Shown: positions 38,139 to 50,227, counted from the first letter of the stretch. The stretch: DNA of 64,000 nt from Alphaproteobacteria bacterium (GCA_963667785.2 CAXXMU010000005.1:96001-160000); one strand, 5' to 3'. Program-made: numbers and translations. Notes: a model not told the origin generated them from the sequence alone.

Positions 38139-39011
38139 ATGCTGCTGCTGCTGGGCGCCACCATCGGCTTCGCCTCCATGCACGCGGTCATCCGCATCGC
38201 GTCGAGCGAGCAGCACCCGTTCGAGGTGGCCTTCTTCCGCAACTTCTTCGGGCTGATCTTCATCGCGCCGTTCCTGCTGCGCCACGGCTTCGGCGCGCTC
38301 AGGACCCGGCGGCTCCCGCTCCACGCCGCGCGCGGCGCAGTGCACGTCTCGGCCATGCTGATGTTCTTCTTCGCGGTGCCGATCACGCCGCTCGGCACCG
38401 TCGCGGCGCTGAGCTTCACGGCGCCGCTCTTCGTCACCGTGGGCGCGGTGCTGCTGCTGGGCGAGGTGGTGCGCATCCGGCGCATCGCAGCCCTCGTCGC
38501 GGGCTTCGCCGGCGCGCTGGTGATCATCCGGCCGGGCATGGTGGCGCTCGATCCGGGCTCGCTGCTGGTACTCGGCTCGTCGGCCGTCTGGGCCGGCGCG
38601 ATGATCCTGATCAAGCTGCTGTCGCGCACGGAATCGAGCCTGACCATGGCCGCCTACATGGCGGTGTTCCTGACGCCGCTGTCGTCCATCGCGGCGGCCT
38701 TCTTCTGGCAGTGGCCGAGCCTGGAGGAACTCGGCTGGTTCGCGCTGATGGGCGGGTTCGGCACGCTTGCGCACCTCTGCCTCGGCCAGGCCTTCCGCGA
38801 GGCGGACGCGACCGTCGTGCTGCCGGTGGACTTCCTCCGCCTGATCTGGTCGTCGCTCTACGGCTACCTGCTGTTCAACGAGGTGCCGGTGCTCTACGTC
38901 TGGATCGGCGGCACCATCATCTTCGCGAGCACGCTCTATCTCGCCTACCGCGAGGCCAAGGTGGCGCGGGCCACAGTCGCCGCCAGGGCGGGCGCGCCGC
39001 CGCCGAGCTAG
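38139..39011 (+). CDS. DMT/EamA family transporter (start uncertain)
   Basis: Multi-TM pattern, FFRNFFG, LLLGE, IIRPG, LLFNEVP. Confidence 0.85.
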   Translation: MLLLLGATIGFASMHAVIRIASSEQHPFEVAFFRNFFGLIFIAPFLLRHGFGALRTRRLPLHAARGAVHVSAMLMFFFAVPITPLGTVAALSFTAPLFVTVGAVLLLGEVVRIRRIAALVAGFAGALVIIRPGMVALDPGSLLVLGSSAVWAGAMILIKLLSRTESSLTMAAYMAVFLTPLSSIAAAFFWQWPSLEELGWFALMGGFGTLAHLCLGQAFREADATVVLPVDFLRLIWSSLYGYLLFNEVPVLYVWIGGTIIFASTLYLAYREAKVARATVAARAGAPPPS

Positions 39012-39084
39012 CCCGGCTTGGTCGGGACGCGACAACCCCGGTATTCTGGATCCATCGGCAAGCCCCACCGCTGGAGACGGTTCG

Positions 39085-40164
39085 ATGCAACTCGGTCTCT
39101 TCACCATGCCGCTGCACCCACCGGGCGCGAATTTCACCGAGACGCTCAAGGCGGACCTGGATCAGATCGTGAAGCTCGACGAGCTCGGCTATGCCGAGGC
39201 CTGGATCGGCGAGCACTTCACGTCGGAGTGGGAGAACATCCCCGCGCCGGACCTGCTCATCGCGCAGGCGATCCCACTGACCAGGCAGATCAGGCTGGGT
39301 ACGGGCGTGAGCTGCATCCCGAACCACGACCCCTTCGTCCTCGCTCACCGCATCGCGCAGCTGGACCACATGGCGGAGGGCCGCTTCAACTGGGGCGTGG
39401 GCACCGGCAGCTTCCCCGGCGACATGCAGGTCTTCGGCTACTGGGGCGACAACCCGGCCATCAACAACCAGAGCTACACGCGGGCGGCGCTCGACACCAT
39501 CCTCAAGCTCTGGACCGATCCCGAGCCCGGCGTCTACGAGAGCGACGGATTCCGCTTCACCATCCCCGAGACCGAGACCGACGTCGGGCTCCGGGCGCAT
39601 GTCCGCCCCTATCAGCAGCCGCATCCGCCGATCGGCGTCGCCGGCGTCTCGCCGCGCTCGTCCACGCTGAAGATGGCTGCGGCCAGGGGCTGGATGCCCA
39701 TGTCGATCAACCTCGTGCCGCCTGTCCTCCTCAAGACCCACTGGGACGCGATCGAGGAGGGCGCGAACGAGGCGGGCCGCGCGCCCGATGCGAGCGTCTG
39801 GCGCGTCGCGCGCGAGATCGTGGTGGCGGAAACCGGCGCCGAAGCGCGCAGGATCGCGCTGGACGGGGTCATCGCGCGCGATTTCACCGACTACTTCCTC
39901 CGGCTCCTGCCCAAGGTCGGCATGCTTCGGCTGCTGAAGAAGGACCAGGACATGGCCGATTCGGACGTGACCCTCGAGTATCTCGTGGACAACGTGTTCA
40001 TCGTGGGCTCCGTCGACGAGGTCACCCAGAAGCTGAACGACCTGCGCGGCGAGATCGGCCCGTTCGGCACCCTGCTCGCCATGGGCCACGACTGGGAGCC
40101 CTACGACGCCTGGTACGCCTCCATGGCGATGCTCAAGAACGAGGTGCTGCCCAAGGTCAGCTAG
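39085..40164 (+). CDS. LLM-class (luciferase-like) flavin-dependent oxidoreductase
   Basis: LGLFTMPLHP, AWIGEH, IRLGTGV, LDHMAEGR, PYQQPHPP. Confidence 0.9.
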   Translation: MQLGLFTMPLHPPGANFTETLKADLDQIVKLDELGYAEAWIGEHFTSEWENIPAPDLLIAQAIPLTRQIRLGTGVSCIPNHDPFVLAHRIAQLDHMAEGRFNWGVGTGSFPGDMQVFGYWGDNPAINNQSYTRAALDTILKLWTDPEPGVYESDGFRFTIPETETDVGLRAHVRPYQQPHPPIGVAGVSPRSSTLKMAAARGWMPMSINLVPPVLLKTHWDAIEEGANEAGRAPDASVWRVAREIVVAETGAEARRIALDGVIARDFTDYFLRLLPKVGMLRLLKKDQDMADSDVTLEYLVDNVFIVGSVDEVTQKLNDLRGEIGPFGTLLAMGHDWEPYDAWYASMAMLKNEVLPKVS

Positions 40165-41158
40165 CCGGCAGGAGAGCGCTCGCGTCCACGAAGGGGGCGA
40201 TGTCGGCCTCGGGCCGGGCGCCCGCATGGCCGATGATCTCGCCGGCCGCGAGCGCCGCGAGCCGGCCGCAGCGGGCGAGATCGAAGCCGCGCGCGAGCCC
40301 CGCGAGGAAGCCCGCGGCATAGAGATCGCCCGCGCCGGTGGTATCCACGACCCGGGCGACCGGCGCGGCCGCGATGGTGTGGGCCTCGCCCTGCCCGGCG
40401 ACCACCGAGCCCTTCTCGCTCCGCGTGAGGGCGCAGATCGCGCAGTCGGCACGCGCCGCCGCCAGCGCGGCCTCGAAGCTCCCCACCTCGTAGAGCGCCA
40501 TCGCCTCGTCCTCGTTCGCGAAGAGCACGTCGATCTCGTCCGCCACCAGCGCGCGGAGCTCCGCCCGGTGGCGCTCGACGCAGAAGCTGTCCGAAAGCGA
40601 GAGGCAGACCCGGCCGCCTGCGCCGTGCGCGATGCCGAGCGCCTTGCGGAAGGCCTCCTTGGCCGCCGGCGGGTCCCACAGATAGCCCTCCAGATAGAGG
40701 AGCGGGGCGCGCGCGATAAAGGCCGGGTCGATGTCGCCGGGGCCGAGCTCGACGCAGGCGCCGAGATGCGTGCCCATGGTGCGCTGGGCGTCGGGGGTGA
40801 CGAAGACGATGCAGCGCGCGGTCGCAGCGCCGCCCTGTGCTGCCGGGGTCGGGAAGCGGACACCGGCGGCCTCGATGTCGCGGCGGAACGCCGCACCCGC
40901 CGCATCGTCGCGCACCTTGCCGACATAGCCGGCGGCACTCCCGAGCCGGGCCGCGCCCACCATGGTGTTGGCGGCGGACCCGCCGGAGACCTCGACCGCC
41001 GCCTTGGTGTGTGCGCGCAGCGCGTCGGCGCGGGCCGCGTCGATCAGCGTCATCGAGCCCTTGGCGAGACCCACCTCGGCCAGCAGCGCGTCCGGCGCAC
41101 GGGCGACGACGTCGACGATCGCATTGCCGATCCCGATGACATCCAGCCGCGAGCCCAT
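40157..41158 (-). CDS. PfkB family carbohydrate kinase (adenosine kinase-like)
   Basis: GIGNAIVD, SGGSAAN, RTMGTHLGA, DTTGAGDLYAAG. Confidence 0.9.
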   Translation of the reverse strand: MGSRLDVIGIGNAIVDVVARAPDALLAEVGLAKGSMTLIDAARADALRAHTKAAVEVSGGSAANTMVGAARLGSAAGYVGKVRDDAAGAAFRRDIEAAGVRFPTPAAQGGAATARCIVFVTPDAQRTMGTHLGACVELGPGDIDPAFIARAPLLYLEGYLWDPPAAKEAFRKALGIAHGAGGRVCLSLSDSFCVERHRAELRALVADEIDVLFANEDEAMALYEVGSFEAALAAARADCAICALTRSEKGSVVAGQGEAHTIAAAPVARVVDTTGAGDLYAAGFLAGLARGFDLARCGRLAALAAGEIIGHAGARPEADIAPFVDASALLPAS

Positions 41159-41503
41159 ACGCATCCTCCCGTCTGCAGGGTTGCCGCCGGCGCAGCGGCG
41201 GCGGGACTATAGCCCGCATTTCTCACCAGGGTCATGGTCTGCGCAGCGCTCTCCGACCGACCGAGAACGACCTCGACGCGATCGATGACAGTGGCGCCGT
41301 CGCCCTGCAGGCTAGGCGCAAGGGCGGTCGAGATCGGCTCGCCCGTACACCTCGAAAAGAGACCGCACTCGTCGAAGGGAGTGCTCTGACGCGCGGCCGC
41401 CGGTCCCGCGGCCGCCTGGCTGCACGTGGCCCGCATCGTGTCCCGCCCGTCGACGCCGGTCGTCTGCAATCCGTGCCGCCGTGACGGCCGGGGCGCGGTC
41501 CCG

Positions 41504-43267
41504 CTATTCCTGCGCGCTTGCAGTCGGGAGTTTCACTCGAACGGTGACGATATCCAGGTCATGGTACTGCTGATGGCGCACCGAAGACGCGAGGTGCCGC
41601 AGCAGCCGCAGTGAGGCCTCGTGCTCCGTCCCCGTCTCGTCTCCCTCGTCTCCGAGCAGCGCGAGCCTGTCCTCGATGTTCTCTCCCCCCGGTGCGACCG
41701 CGAACTCCAGAACCGCACCGCCCTCGGCCCGCGCGGCGACCAGCCGCAGGCGGCGCCTGCGACCGGGCTCCCCTCCGCGCTCCTCCGGCCGGACGAGGCT
41801 CAGCAGCGCCTCCTCGCCGACCGCTTCGAGACGGTCGGCCATGCCGGCGTCCCATCCGTTGCGCGAGGCGAACGCGCGCAGGAACTCCCGGATCTTCGTG
41901 AGCGTGGCCGGATCGAGCTCGGCCTCGATCCGGCTGCGGCGGGATCCGCTCAACTCCGTGAACATGGTCATGAGAATGGCCGCGAGGCCGCCGGAGATCA
42001 TGCCGTTGGCGAACAGGCCGCCCGCGAATTCCGAGACCTGCGCCGGAAACACCATGCCGTTCTGGAAGCCGATGCCGACCCAGAAGGCGATGCCGGCGAT
42101 CAGGCCCTTGCGGTAGTCGAGGCCGTCCTGAAGCAGAACCCTGAGGCCGAGGAGGAAGAGCATCGCCAGCAACACGGTGAGAAAGCCTCCGCTGACGGCG
42201 CCCGGCATGGCCAGGACCACCGCGAGTGCCTTGGGCAGGAACGCCAGTATGACGAAGAGTGCGCCTGCGACGATGCCTACGCTGCGGGCCGCGACGCCGG
42301 TAAGCTCGGTGAGCGATGCGCCGATCGCATAGCTGTTATTGGGCACCGTACCCGCGAGACCGCACAGGACGTTGCTCACGCCGTCGACGTTCACCGCGCC
42401 CTGCACCGCCCGGTAATCCACGGCTCTCCGCTTGCGCCACGATACGCTCTGCACAGCGACGCAACTGCTGATCGTGCGCAGCGTCACGATCGGGGTGATC
42501 AGCAGGAACACGGGAAGCAGCGACCAGAACGCCGGCCCGAACTCGAGGTCGACCCCCGGCCACGCGACGCTGGGAACGCCGATCCACGGGGCGTCGACAA
42601 CACGGCCCACGTCGTAGAGCCCGACGATGCCCGCCACTGCCGAGCCGCAGATCACCCCGATGACCGGCGCCCAGAGGCGTAGGCTCCGGGTCGACTTGAG
42701 CGCGATACCGGCGATGACCACCACCGTGACGGCGGCGCACAGCGGCGCGGCGTAGTCGGGCTTGCCCTCCGGCACCTCGGTCAGAAGGCCGAAGACGGCC
42801 GGCATGGCGCTGACCGGCACCAGCATCAGCACCGTGCCCGAAACGGCCGGTGTCAGGATGCGGCGAAACCAGACGATCCGCGCGGACAGCACGAACTGCA
42901 GCAATGCCGAAATGACGACCAGGGTCACGAGCAGTCCTGCGCCGCCCCGCTCGATCGCCGCAATGCAGGGCCAGATGAAGGCAGCCGAGCTGCTCATCAC
43001 CAGCACGTGGCCCGAGCCGATCCGCCCGAAACGGACCGCCTGCAGCGCGGTGGCCCCTCCGCACACCGCAACCGCCGCGAAGACCGCCCAGGACAGATAG
43101 GAGTCGGTCGTGCCCGCGGCCCGCATCACCACGGTCGGAATCAGTATGGGGACCGCCACGATCAGAAGCGCGAGCTGCGCGCCCATGCCGATGGCAAGCG
43201 CGGGAGGAACCCTGTCGTCGGCCTGGTAGCGGAGCTTCGGGCCGCGCGGTGAGGAACCCTCGGTCAT
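41504..43267 (-). CDS. NCS2 (xanthine/uracil permease) family protein fused to degenerate RsbW-like HATPase domain
   Basis: ATALQAVRFGRIGSG, ELTGVAARSVG, AFLPK NCS2 motifs; soluble C-terminal ~145 aa with EEAL...SLRLLRHL pattern. Confidence 0.8.
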   Translation of the reverse strand: MTEGSSPRGPKLRYQADDRVPPALAIGMGAQLALLIVAVPILIPTVVMRAAGTTDSYLSWAVFAAVAVCGGATALQAVRFGRIGSGHVLVMSSSAAFIWPCIAAIERGGAGLLVTLVVISALLQFVLSARIVWFRRILTPAVSGTVLMLVPVSAMPAVFGLLTEVPEGKPDYAAPLCAAVTVVVIAGIALKSTRSLRLWAPVIGVICGSAVAGIVGLYDVGRVVDAPWIGVPSVAWPGVDLEFGPAFWSLLPVFLLITPIVTLRTISSCVAVQSVSWRKRRAVDYRAVQGAVNVDGVSNVLCGLAGTVPNNSYAIGASLTELTGVAARSVGIVAGALFVILAFLPKALAVVLAMPGAVSGGFLTVLLAMLFLLGLRVLLQDGLDYRKGLIAGIAFWVGIGFQNGMVFPAQVSEFAGGLFANGMISGGLAAILMTMFTELSGSRRSRIEAELDPATLTKIREFLRAFASRNGWDAGMADRLEAVGEEALLSLVRPEERGGEPGRRRRLRLVAARAEGGAVLEFAVAPGGENIEDRLALLGDEGDETGTEHEASLRLLRHLASSVRHQQYHDLDIVTVRVKLPTASAQE

Positions 43268-43569
43268 GCGGTTGCGTGTGCCGAGCGCTTCGGCAGCATC
43301 GGCCCGCCGCCGACCGGCCGCGGACCCGCTCGTACGAGCTCTGCGGGTGCCTTTGTGAAGGTGCCGGTGCCGGGCGAACGGACCACGTGTGAGTCTACTC
43401 TGTGAACTGGAGAGGAGGATAAGCGAATTTTCGCAAACGGAATATGCCCGGCCAGCCTCTTTCGTGGATCCTGCGCGCTCGTCTGACCCCCGAGAGTGCT
43501 ACCCTCGCCCCCGCTCCTATCCGTCAGGATTGCACACGCCGAACAACAGACAAGAAACGCGAGTCAGCC

Positions 43570-44463
43570 ATGCATCGTACTAGCCGCGCCCGACTTGGGG
43601 TGGCGGTCCTGACTCTCCTCGTGCTGGCGGGGAGCCTGGCGGTCCATGATCGCCCCGCCGCGGCTTCGGATCAGTCTCCAGAATCCGCGCCCGTTCTCGC
43701 CCCGGCCGATGCGAACGCCGTCGTGAACGCCCCATACCTGAGCGTAGGCGTGGCCCTGATCCGCTCGCAGAACGCCCGCTTCGCCGATGGCGAGGACGCC
43801 GGTCACGCCGCGCTCTACGGAAACGAGAAACTCTTCGATGCCGGAGCGGTCGGCAATGGTCTGCAGTTCCAACTGGCGGCAGGCGTCCGGCTGCCATACC
43901 AACTACGCGCTCAATTGGAATTCGGGCTGGCCCGTGACCTCGACTGGCGCGGCAACACGAACTACCGGGCCTCGGGCGAACGTCAGCCCTCCGAGGCAAG
44001 GCTCGACGCCCGGCAGCTCCTCCTTGCCGGGTTCCATGATTTCCCGGGATGGGAGATCGCTCCGGGTCGCCGGGCGCGGCCCTTTCTGGGCGCGGGGTTC
44101 GGGATCACCGACTACCGCCTGAGCGGCTACGTTCAGCGCTTTCCCGAACCGGACGATCCGCAAGGCCCCCTGCGCCGGGGTCCGGGCGACGAGATCCCTT
44201 TCACCGCTCTCCCCAGGGGAAGCGGGCGGAACGTCACCTGGATGCTGACGGCCGGCGTGGCGATCCCGATGGGCGGCAGTACCCACCTCGAGCTGAGCTA
44301 CCGCTATACCGATGCGGGGGAGATCCGGACCGACGTCGGCGACATCGCCATCGTGCGCTACCGCGAGAACGGCACCCGGAGAGAAATCCCGGTCCAAATC
44401 AACGAGACCCTTGCCGACCACCGAACCCACTCGTTGCTCGCGGCGCTCCGGTTCGAATTCTAG
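43570..44463 (+). CDS. Outer-membrane beta-barrel protein (opacity porin/OmpA-like)
   Basis: Signal peptide, PYLSVG, RPFLGAGFG, LELSYRYTDAG, terminal LRFEF. Confidence 0.8.
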   Translation: MHRTSRARLGVAVLTLLVLAGSLAVHDRPAAASDQSPESAPVLAPADANAVVNAPYLSVGVALIRSQNARFADGEDAGHAALYGNEKLFDAGAVGNGLQFQLAAGVRLPYQLRAQLEFGLARDLDWRGNTNYRASGERQPSEARLDARQLLLAGFHDFPGWEIAPGRRARPFLGAGFGITDYRLSGYVQRFPEPDDPQGPLRRGPGDEIPFTALPRGSGRNVTWMLTAGVAIPMGGSTHLELSYRYTDAGEIRTDVGDIAIVRYRENGTRREIPVQINETLADHRTHSLLAALRFEF

Positions 44464-44696
44464 CTTCCGAGTCCCCCGAAGCGAGGCGCGCGGGAGGCGA
44501 TCGGCGACTCATCGCTCTTCGAGCCCGCCCTGGATTTCGGCGACCTGGACGACGGTGCGGCATGGGCGCCATTCCCTGAATACCTGAGGTGAGATGTGGG
44601 CTAGGGCTCAGGCGACCGGCGGCAAAGCGAACCCGCTGCCGGGCTGGCACGGGCCGGCGGCTTCCGCGATAGTTCGGGCAGCGGGGGAGGGCGCCC

Positions 44697-45359
44697 ATGA
44701 CGGAACGCGGCAGGGTGAACGGAGGCGCGGCGCAAGCTCCATCGCCCGTGCTGCGTGCCGGCCCCGAAGCGATGGCCGCCGCCCTCGAGCACACCGCGCG
44801 GGAGAACGCGGCGGTGCTGCCGCTGCTGGAGCCGGCCGCGTGCCAAGAGCTTATCGCCTCGGGCGCGGACCTCTCCTTCCGCGCCGCGAAGCCCGTGATG
44901 GGCGAGGGCGAGCGCGCGGTCTACCAGGACTTCGACATCTGCCTCCAGATCCCCCGCCCGCACCGGCTCTGGCGGCTGACGGAGGCCGTGGAGCGCCTCG
45001 TCGCCGCGGCGCTTTCCGCCATGGACGCGCCGCCGCTGGACGAGCTTTCGCTCAACGACCTGGTGCTGCAGCGCTACCCGCCGGGTGCGCGCGGCATCAC
45101 GCCCCACCGCGACCATGTGCGCTATGTCGGGCTGGTGGCGATCGTGCAGCTCAGCGGGGACGGGCGCTTCGGGCTTTGCGCGGACCGCGCAGGCGCCGGC
45201 GCGCGCACGCTCGCCGCCGGACCGGGCGATGCCATCCTGATGCGGGCACCCGGCTTCGCCGGCGCCAGGCATCGGCCCTTCCACTTCCTGGACGGCATCA
45301 CCGTCGAGCGCTACAGCCTCGGCATGCGCTGCGATCGCACGACCGCGGCCGCGGCCTAG
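44697..45359 (+). CDS. 2OG-Fe(II) oxygenase, AlkB-like
   Basis: RYPPG.GITPHRD (HxD), distal H in RPFH, RYSLGMR. Confidence 0.75.
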   Translation: MTERGRVNGGAAQAPSPVLRAGPEAMAAALEHTARENAAVLPLLEPAACQELIASGADLSFRAAKPVMGEGERAVYQDFDICLQIPRPHRLWRLTEAVERLVAAALSAMDAPPLDELSLNDLVLQRYPPGARGITPHRDHVRYVGLVAIVQLSGDGRFGLCADRAGAGARTLAAGPGDAILMRAPGFAGARHRPFHFLDGITVERYSLGMRCDRTTAAAA

Positions 45360-45552
45360 TGGAGCAATCTCCGCCCGCCTCCCTTCCCCCGCTTTTCCAA
45401 ATCCCTCGGTCGCCGGGCGCTCGCTCCGCTCGATCGTGCGCCCCGCGCGCGTGGACGCGCGACGCTTCGCGCCTCCGGCGCATCGTGCGCCTGCGCACGT
45501 GGACGTGCGACGCGCAGTCGCGCCGTCCGGGCCTAAAGGCCCGGTCCACTTG

Positions 45553-45582
45553 TTGACTCGCTTCCGGCTCCGGGGCTAAACC
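45553..45582 (+). promoter_or_regulatory. Putative sigma70 promoter of sdhCDAB
   Basis: TTGACT at 45553 followed by GCTAAAC, matching the alphaproteobacterial TTGAC...GCTANA pattern. Confidence 0.45.
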
Positions 45583-45641
45583 GGACGCACCGGCACGGTC
45601 CGCCACGGGGCCGGATCGCGCCGGATCGCAGGGGTGAATTC

Positions 45642-46058
45642 GTGGCAGAGCAATCCAGCGGCAACGGCGCGCCAGCGCGGCCCGTCTCGCCCCACCTCTC
45701 CATCTACCGGCCGCAGCTCACCTCGGTGCTGTCGATCCTGCACCGGATGACCGGCGTGATTCTGGCGTCCGGCGCAGCGATGCTCTGCGCCTGGCTGCTG
45801 ACCGCCGCCGCAGGCGAGCGCTACTACGCCTGGACCGAGTGGTTCCTCACCTCCTGGCTCGGCTACGCGCTGCTGGCGGCGTGGTCCTGGTGCCTCTTCT
45901 ATCACCTCTGCAACGGCATCCGGCATCTCTTCTGGGACGCCGGCCTCGGCTTCTCGCTGAAGCAGACCTACGCCTCGGGCGCCGCCGTGGTGGTGGCCTC
46001 CTTCGTGCTCACCGGGCTCTCCTGGGGCCTGGGGCTCGCCTGCAACCTCGCGGGCTGA
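45642..46058 (+). CDS. sdhC: Succinate dehydrogenase cytochrome b556 subunit
   Basis: RPVSPHLSIYRPQLTS..SILHRMTG, HLCNGIRHLFWD. Confidence 0.96.
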   Translation: MAEQSSGNGAPARPVSPHLSIYRPQLTSVLSILHRMTGVILASGAAMLCAWLLTAAAGERYYAWTEWFLTSWLGYALLAAWSWCLFYHLCNGIRHLFWDAGLGFSLKQTYASGAAVVVASFVLTGLSWGLGLACNLAG

Positions 46059-46066
46059 GGCGCGCC

Positions 46067-46450
46067 GTGTCGCTGCAGTCGCCGCTTGCCAGGGTGCGCC
46101 ATCTGGGCGCCGCCAAGGAGGGGGTGAGCCACTGGTGGGGGCAGCGGCTCACGGCGCTGCTGCTGGTGCCGCTCGCGCTCTGGTTCGTCGGCTCGCTCTG
46201 GTCGCTCGTGGTGGGCGGTGCGGACCGCGCGGCGCTGGTCGACTGGCTCTCCGGCCCGGTGGCGGCGGTGCTGATGCTGCTCTTCCTCGGCGCCACCTTC
46301 TATCACCTGAAGCTCGGCCTGCAGGTGGTGATCGAGGACTACGTGCACGGCTACTGCAAGTGGGTGCTGCTGGTCCTCAACACGCTGCTCTGCCTCGTGC
46401 TCGGCCTCGCCGCGCTCTATGCGGTGATCGTGCTCGCGGTGGGGGGCTGA
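46067..46450 (+). CDS. sdhD: Succinate dehydrogenase membrane anchor
   Basis: [31 protein letters not shown]. Confidence 0.95.
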   Translation: MSLQSPLARVRHLGAAKEGVSHWWGQRLTALLLVPLALWFVGSLWSLVVGGADRAALVDWLSGPVAAVLMLLFLGATFYHLKLGLQVVIEDYVHGYCKWVLLVLNTLLCLVLGLAALYAVIVLAVGG

Positions 46451-46454
46451 GCGC

Positions 46455-48248
46455 ATGACCGCCTACCCGCTCACCGAGCACCGCGACGACGTGGTGGTGG
46501 TGGGCGCCGGCGGCGCCGGGCTCCGGGCGACGCTCGGCCTCGCCGAGGCGGGGCTCAAGACCGCGTGCGTCAGCAAGCTCTTCCCCACCCGCAGTCACAC
46601 GGTGGCGGCCCAGGGCGGCATCTCGGCGGCGCTCGGCAACATGGAGGAGGACGACTGGCGCTGGCACATGTACGACACCGTCAAGGGGTCCGACTGGCTC
46701 GGCGACCAGGACGCCATCGAGTATCTCTGCAAGGAAGGCCCGCGCGCTGTCATCGAGCTCGAGCACTACGGCGTCCCCTTCTCGCGCACGCCCGACGGCA
46801 AGATCTACCAGCGCGCCTTCGGCGGCATGTCGCTGAACTACGGCGAGAAGCAGGCGCACCGCACCTGCGCCGCCGCCGACCGCACCGGCCACGCCATCCT
46901 GCACACGCTCTACCAGCAGTCGCTGCGCCACCAGGCGGCGTTCTTCATCGAGTATTTCGCCCTCGACCTGGTGATGGACGAGGACGGCGCCTGCCGCGGC
47001 GTGCTCGCCTGGAACCTCGACGACGGCACGCTCCACCTCTTCCGCGCCCACATGGTGATCCTCGCCACCGGCGGCTACGGGCGGGCCTACTTCTCGGCGA
47101 CCTCGGCCCACACCTGCACCGGCGACGGCAACGCCATGGTGCTGCGCGCCGGCCTGCCGCTGCAGGACATGGAGTTCGTGCAGTTCCACCCCACCGGCAT
47201 CTACGGCTCCGGCTGCCTGATGAGCGAGGGCGCGCGCGGCGAGGGCGGCTACCTGGTCAACTCCGAGGGCGAGCGCTTCATGGAGCGCTACGCGCCCAAC
47301 GCCAAGGACCTCGCCTCGCGCGACGTGGTGAGCCGCGCCATCACCATGGAGATCCGCGAAGGCCGCGGCTGCGGCCCCGAGAAGGACCACATGCACCTGA
47401 AGATGGACCATCTCGGCGCCGACGTGCTGAACGAGCGGCTCCCCGGCATCACCGAGACGGCGCGCATCTTCGCCGGCGTCGAGCCGCTGGTGGAGCCGGT
47501 CCCGGTGATCCCCACCGTCCACTACAACATGGGCGGCATTCCCTGCATCTATACCGGCGAGACGGTGACGGTGAGGGACGGCGATCCGGATTCCGTGGTC
47601 CCGGGCCTGATGTCGGTGGGGGAGGCGGCCTGCGTCTCCGTGCACGGCGCCAACCGGCTGGGCTCGAACTCGCTGCTCGACCTCGTGGTGTTCGGCCGCG
47701 CGGCGGCGCAGCGTTGCGCCGAGACCGTCGAGGCCGGCGCGGCGCACAAGCCGCTCGTGAACGGCGCGCTCGACAGGAGCCTCGCCTGGTTCGACCGGCT
47801 GCGCCACGCCAAGGGGGCGACGCCGACGGCCGCGATCCGCCTCGACATGCAGCGCACCATGCAGGAGCACGCCGGCGTCTTCCGCACCCGCGAGATCATG
47901 GAGGAAGGCGCGCGCGAGCTCGACCGCGTCTGGGACGGCTTCCGCAACGATATCGGCGTCGCCGACCGCTCGCTGATCTGGAACTCGGACCTGGCGGAGA
48001 CCATCGAGCTCGACAACCTGATGCGCCAGGCGAGCGTCACCCTGCACTCGGCGCTCAATCGGGAGGAAAGCCGCGGCGGCCATGCGCGCGAGGACTTTCC
48101 CGACCGCGACGACGAGGCCTGGCTCAAGCACACCGTCGCCTGGCTCGACGGCGATGGCGGCACGCCCCGGCTCGACTACCGGCCGGTGCACATGCAGACG
48201 CTCAGCAACGAGGTCGAGACCATTCCTCTCAAGGCGCGGGTCTACTAG
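46455..48248 (+). CDS. sdhA: Succinate dehydrogenase flavoprotein
   Basis: [28 protein letters not shown]. Confidence 0.98.
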   Translation: MTAYPLTEHRDDVVVVGAGGAGLRATLGLAEAGLKTACVSKLFPTRSHTVAAQGGISAALGNMEEDDWRWHMYDTVKGSDWLGDQDAIEYLCKEGPRAVIELEHYGVPFSRTPDGKIYQRAFGGMSLNYGEKQAHRTCAAADRTGHAILHTLYQQSLRHQAAFFIEYFALDLVMDEDGACRGVLAWNLDDGTLHLFRAHMVILATGGYGRAYFSATSAHTCTGDGNAMVLRAGLPLQDMEFVQFHPTGIYGSGCLMSEGARGEGGYLVNSEGERFMERYAPNAKDLASRDVVSRAITMEIREGRGCGPEKDHMHLKMDHLGADVLNERLPGITETARIFAGVEPLVEPVPVIPTVHYNMGGIPCIYTGETVTVRDGDPDSVVPGLMSVGEAACVSVHGANRLGSNSLLDLVVFGRAAAQRCAETVEAGAAHKPLVNGALDRSLAWFDRLRHAKGATPTAAIRLDMQRTMQEHAGVFRTREIMEEGARELDRVWDGFRNDIGVADRSLIWNSDLAETIELDNLMRQASVTLHSALNREESRGGHAREDFPDRDDEAWLKHTVAWLDGDGGTPRLDYRPVHMQTLSNEVETIPLKARVY

Positions 48249-48271
48249 GGCCCGGCCGGCAAGGTCGATCC

Positions 48272-49051
48272 ATGGCGCAGCTCACGCTCCCGCAGAACTC
48301 CAAGGTCCGGAAAGGCAGGCACTTCCCCGCCGAGGGCGGCGCCGGCAAGACCCGGCGCTTCAGGATCTACCGCCACGATCCGGAGAGCGGCGAGAACCCG
48401 CGCACCGATACCTACGACCTCGACCCCGAGCGTTGCGGGCCGATGGTTCTCGACGCCCTCATCAAGATCAAGAACGAGGTCGATTCCACGCTCACCTTCC
48501 GCCGCAGCTGCCGCGAGGGGATCTGCGGCTCGTGCGCCATGAACGTCGACGGCACCAACACGCTCGCCTGCATCAAGCCGATCGACGAGGTGAAGGGCGA
48601 GGTGCGCATCTACCCGCTGCCGCACATGCCGGTGGTGAAGGACCTGGTGCCCGACATGGCGGATTTCTATGCCCAGTACGCCTCGATCGAGCCGTGGATG
48701 AAGACGGATACCGCAGCGCCGGCGACGCAGGAGCGGCTGCAGGCGCCGGAGGACCGGGAGAAGCTCGACGGCCTCTACGAGTGCATCCTCTGCGCCTGCT
48801 GCTCGACGAGCTGCCCGAGCTACTGGTGGAACGGCGATCGCTACCTCGGGCCCGCGACCCTGCTGCAGGCCTACCGCTGGCTCGCCGACAGCCGCGACGA
48901 GGCGACCGGCGAGCGGCTCGACGAGCTGGAGGACCCCTTCCGGCTCTACCGCTGTCACACCATCATGAACTGCACCCGCACCTGCCCGAAGCATCTGAAC
49001 CCGGCCAAGGCGATCGCCGAGATCAAGAAGATGATGGTCGCCCGCCGTTAG
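48272..49051 (+). CDS. sdhB: Succinate dehydrogenase iron-sulfur subunit
   Basis: [34 protein letters not shown]. Confidence 0.98.
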   Translation: MAQLTLPQNSKVRKGRHFPAEGGAGKTRRFRIYRHDPESGENPRTDTYDLDPERCGPMVLDALIKIKNEVDSTLTFRRSCREGICGSCAMNVDGTNTLACIKPIDEVKGEVRIYPLPHMPVVKDLVPDMADFYAQYASIEPWMKTDTAAPATQERLQAPEDREKLDGLYECILCACCSTSCPSYWWNGDRYLGPATLLQAYRWLADSRDEATGERLDELEDPFRLYRCHTIMNCTRTCPKHLNPAKAIAEIKKMMVARR

Positions 49052-49094
49052 CGCCGTGTTTCGGAAGAACGCATGAAAGTCATTCGCCTCCTGC

Positions 49095-49190
49095 CGTCAT
49101 GCCCGGACTTGTTCCGGGCATCCATTTGCCGCGCGCACGACCGTGCTGGCGGGCACGACGTGGATGGCCGGGACAAGCCCGGCCATGACG
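49095..49190. repeat. Inverted pair of CGTC-type REP elements
   Basis: cgtcatgcccggacttgttccgggcatcca ... tggatggccgggacaagcccggccatgacg. Confidence 0.85.
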
Positions 49191-49240
49191 TGAGGGGGTT
49201 CCGGGTAACGCCTGTCTTCGGTTTCGGGGCAGGACGCTAG

Positions 49241-50227
<987 letters not shown>

